From a candidate division WOR-3 bacterium (GTDB taxonomy: Bacteria; Hydrothermota; UBA3072; B12-G15): DNA of 15,644 bases. The stretch is taken from assembly GCA_965649055.1 (NCBI GenBank), contig CBFGJG010000043.1:1-15644 (forward strand). Direction: 5' to 3'. Below, in pieces: positions 13,616 to 15,644 of this stretch. A program made the position numbers and the translations under genes. Each line of letters begins with the position of its first letter. Position 1 is the first letter of the stretch. A model generated the notes under the pieces. The model saw only the letters and a list, made by a program, of their open reading frames with translations, searched no databases and was not told the origin of the DNA.

Positions 13616-15644
13616 TATTCCTCCTTCCCAACCTTTACAAATAATTCAGGTCTTAATGCTGCATCAATTAAGGCATATATCTGTTGAGATGTGAATCCTT
13701 TCTGTTCCATTGCACCTGAAGGGCAGGCAGCAATACAGGCACCGCAGCCTTTGCACATTGCTTCATTTACAACTGCCTTCTTCTCTTCAGGTTTATCCTT
13801 ATCCTGAACTATCTCAATAGCCTTATATTCACAAACAGGTTCACAGATACCACAGCCATCGCAGAGGTCTTCGTTTACAGCTGCAATTGTTGGCTCAGCC
13901 CTGTATTTTTCCTTTGAAATGATAGTTAATGCCCTTGCAGCAGCTGCCTTTGCCTGTATTATACTTTCATCAACAGATTTTGGAGAGTGAGCGGTTCCAG
14001 CAAGGAATATACCTTCAGTTGCAAAATCAACAGGGCGTAGTTTTACATGTGCTTCAAGGAAAAATTTATCTTCATTTAATGGTATCTTCAGCAATTTTCC
14101 TATCTCATCATTCTCTTCATTCGGAACAATTCCCGTAGAAAGAACAACTATGTCAGCAGGGATATCAATCCAGTCTTTTAAGATTTCGTCGTATGCTTTT
14201 ACTCTTAATTTCTTACCATTTTTCCCATTTTTGTAAACAACAGGTTTTGTTTCATCGGTGTATTTCAGGAATATGCCACCAAGTTCACGTACATCACTGT
14301 ACATATTTTCTCTAAAACCATAGGTCCTGATATCTTTATTCAGAATGAAAAGTTGTATCTCAGGATTTATTTCAAGTATTTTCTTTGCATTTTTCATAGC
14401 ATTTGAGCAGCATATCCTTGAACAGTATGGATGTTCATTATCCCTTGAACCAACACATTGTATCATAACTATTCTTTTTATTGCAGATAGATCAATTTCA
14501 TTTTTTGCTATCATTTCCTCAAGTTGATGCTGAGTTAAGACATTTTTCTCCCCGAACATGTATTCTTTAGGGGTGTATTCTTTTGCACCTGTTGCAACAA
14601 TTATCGCACCATGCTCTATTATCTTCTCACCTTCGGGTGTCAATACAGTTGATTTATAATTTCCTACAAATCCTTCAACTTTCTGTAATCTTGAGTTTGT
14701 CAAAATAGTTATCTTTGGATTTGTTCTGATCTTATTTATCAGTGAGACAAGGAATGATTGTGGGTCACCCCATTCATCATAATAAATTTCTTTCAATTTT
14801 CCACCAAGTTCGCTTTCTTTTTCAATCAATGTTACATCGTATCCAGACCTTGCAATATCAAGTGCTGCTACCATTCCAGCAACACCACCACCAATCACAA
14901 CAGCAGATTGTTTCACAGGTAGATACATCTCTTTAAGCGGGAATAGATAAACAGCTTTTGCCACTGCCATTCTCACAAGGTCTTTAGCCTTCTCTGTTGC
15001 ACCTTCTTTATCATGCATATGTATCCATGAACATTGTTCCCTTATGTTTGCCATCTCAAAAAGGTATGCATTCAGTCCTGCATCCTTCAATGTTTCCTGA
15101 AATAGTGGTTCATGGGTTCTTGGAGTGCAAGATGCAACAACGACCCTGTTTAAATCCTTCTCTTTAATTGTTTCAGTTATCTTCTTCTGTGTATCTTCAG
15201 AACAGGTGTAAAGATTTTCTTCTGCATGAACAACAAAAGGTAATGTCTTTGCATATTCTACAACTTTTTTCACTTCTACATAGGCACCTATATTTATACC
15301 GCAATGGCAAATAAAGACACCTATTCTTGGCTCCTGTCCTAAAACATCTTTTTCAGGTGGATAAACCTTTTCTTTTATCAATGTATTCCTTACATCTTTT
15401 AGTAATGCTGAAACCTCGGATACAGCAGCAGAACCCTGCATAACCGATTCAGGTATATCTTTTGGTCCTTGTAAAGCTCCGGCAACAAAGATTCCGTCTT
15501 TTGATGTTGTCAGAGGATTTGTCCCAACAGTCTGAACAAAACCATATTCATTTGTATCAACATCAAGAATATCAAGAAGTTTTTCGGAACCTTTTGGGAC
15601 TTCAAGACCAATCGAAAGAACCACTAAATCAAATCTTTCCTCAA
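13615..15644 (-). CDS. hdrA: large tandem-type heterodisulfide reductase subunit A-like flavoprotein, 5'-partial (frame open to the window edge)
   Basis: The frame continues upstream of the GTG at 15624 as EERFDLVVLSIG. The tail of a first module (GIFVAGALQGPKDIPESV) is followed by a second module: RIGVFICHCG, ASCTPRTHE, NIREQCSW, FAD motif GGGVAG, IQCVGSR...CSRICC, and C-terminal CDGCGICEPVC and CKGCGACIAACP. Confidence 0.92.
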   Translation of the reverse strand, partial: EERFDLVVLSIGLEVPKGSEKLLDILDVDTNEYGFVQTVGTNPLTTSKDGIFVAGALQGPKDIPESVMQGSAAVSEVSALLKDVRNTLIKEKVYPPEKDVLGQEPRIGVFICHCGINIGAYVEVKKVVEYAKTLPFVVHAEENLYTCSEDTQKKITETIKEKDLNRVVVASCTPRTHEPLFQETLKDAGLNAYLFEMANIREQCSWIHMHDKEGATEKAKDLVRMAVAKAVYLFPLKEMYLPVKQSAVVIGGGVAGMVAALDIARSGYDVTLIEKESELGGKLKEIYYDEWGDPQSFLVSLINKIRTNPKITILTNSRLQKVEGFVGNYKSTVLTPEGEKIIEHGAIIVATGAKEYTPKEYMFGEKNVLTQHQLEEMIAKNEIDLSAIKRIVMIQCVGSRDNEHPYCSRICCSNAMKNAKKILEINPEIQLFILNKDIRTYGFRENMYSDVRELGGIFLKYTDETKPVVYKNGKNGKKLRVKAYDEILKDWIDIPADIVVLSTGIVPNEENDEIGKLLKIPLNEDKFFLEAHVKLRPVDFATEGIFLAGTAHSPKSVDESIIQAKAAAARALTIISKEKYRAEPTIAAVNEDLCDGCGICEPVCEYKAIEIVQDKDKPEEKKAVVNEAMCKGCGACIAACPSGAMEQKGFTSQQIYALIDAALRPELFVKVGKEE

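Noticed and set aside
7215..14936. Short ORFs overlapping the - block (7215-7520, 7521-7763, 8268-8483, 10034-10432, 10524-10775, 11951-12160, 12399-12707, 12595-12858, 12855-13211, 13929-14138, 14345-14527, 14742-14936)
   Set aside because: They are nested within or antisense to conserved genes, with the Ser/Ile/Phe/Pro-rich composition expected of antisense frames.
15622..15624. GTG at 15624 as the start of a 669-aa canonical-sized HdrA
   Set aside because: The frame stays open to the window edge (EERFDL-V) and this motif is internal to HdrA. The similarity to canonical length is coincidental.
8868..15644. Selenocysteine recoding in Mvh/Hdr subunits
   Set aside because: All visible ligand positions (MvhA DPCFSC, MvhD CNWC/GCHPGDC, HdrA module 2) are Cys codons and there are no in-frame TGA interruptions. 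The unseen HdrA N-terminus cannot be judged.
8868..15644. Evidence that the organism is a methanogen or sulfate reducer
   Set aside because: No mcr, mtr, dsr, apr or qmoC genes are in the window, and the flanking genes and promoter architecture are bacterial. Hdr/Mvh alone is not diagnostic.
1..15644. CRISPR arrays, tRNA/rRNA, riboswitches, IS elements
   Set aside because: No intergenic space larger than about 50 nt, no periodic repeats, and no transposase or integrase motifs were seen by eye.

Overview
AT-rich (roughly one-third GC by eye), very densely packed window from what looks like an anaerobic bacterium: it has sigma70-type promoters, GGAGG ribosome-binding sites, rsmI/panD/plsY-family genes and standard TGA stops. 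Two gene blocks converge at 7143-7153. The + strand block (82-7142) encodes an MBL-fold hydrolase, panD, lipA, an RseC/MucC-family membrane protein, a PPC/DUF296 protein, an OPT-family transporter, ilvE, an uncharacterised protein with an internal tandem repeat, and rsmI. The - strand block (window edge to 7154) encodes a large tandem-type HdrA (5'-truncated by the window edge), mvhD, mvhG, mvhA (group 3c-like [NiFe] hydrogenase), a hydrogenase maturation protease, hdrC and hdrB. It continues without a break into a CrtQ/CruC-like GT2 glycosyltransferase and a divergent PlsY/CruD-like acyltransferase. The best candidates for undescribed biology are (i) a complete methanogen-type MvhADG-HdrABC set in a bacterium, built on a fused HdrA whose two modules lack complementary ferredoxin domains and whose disulfide substrate is unknown, and (ii) an appended glycosyl/acyl-transferase pair whose PlsY motifs argue against glycerol-3-phosphate as acceptor. 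No RNA genes, CRISPR arrays or mobile elements were recognised. All family calls come from motif recognition; no database searches were run.
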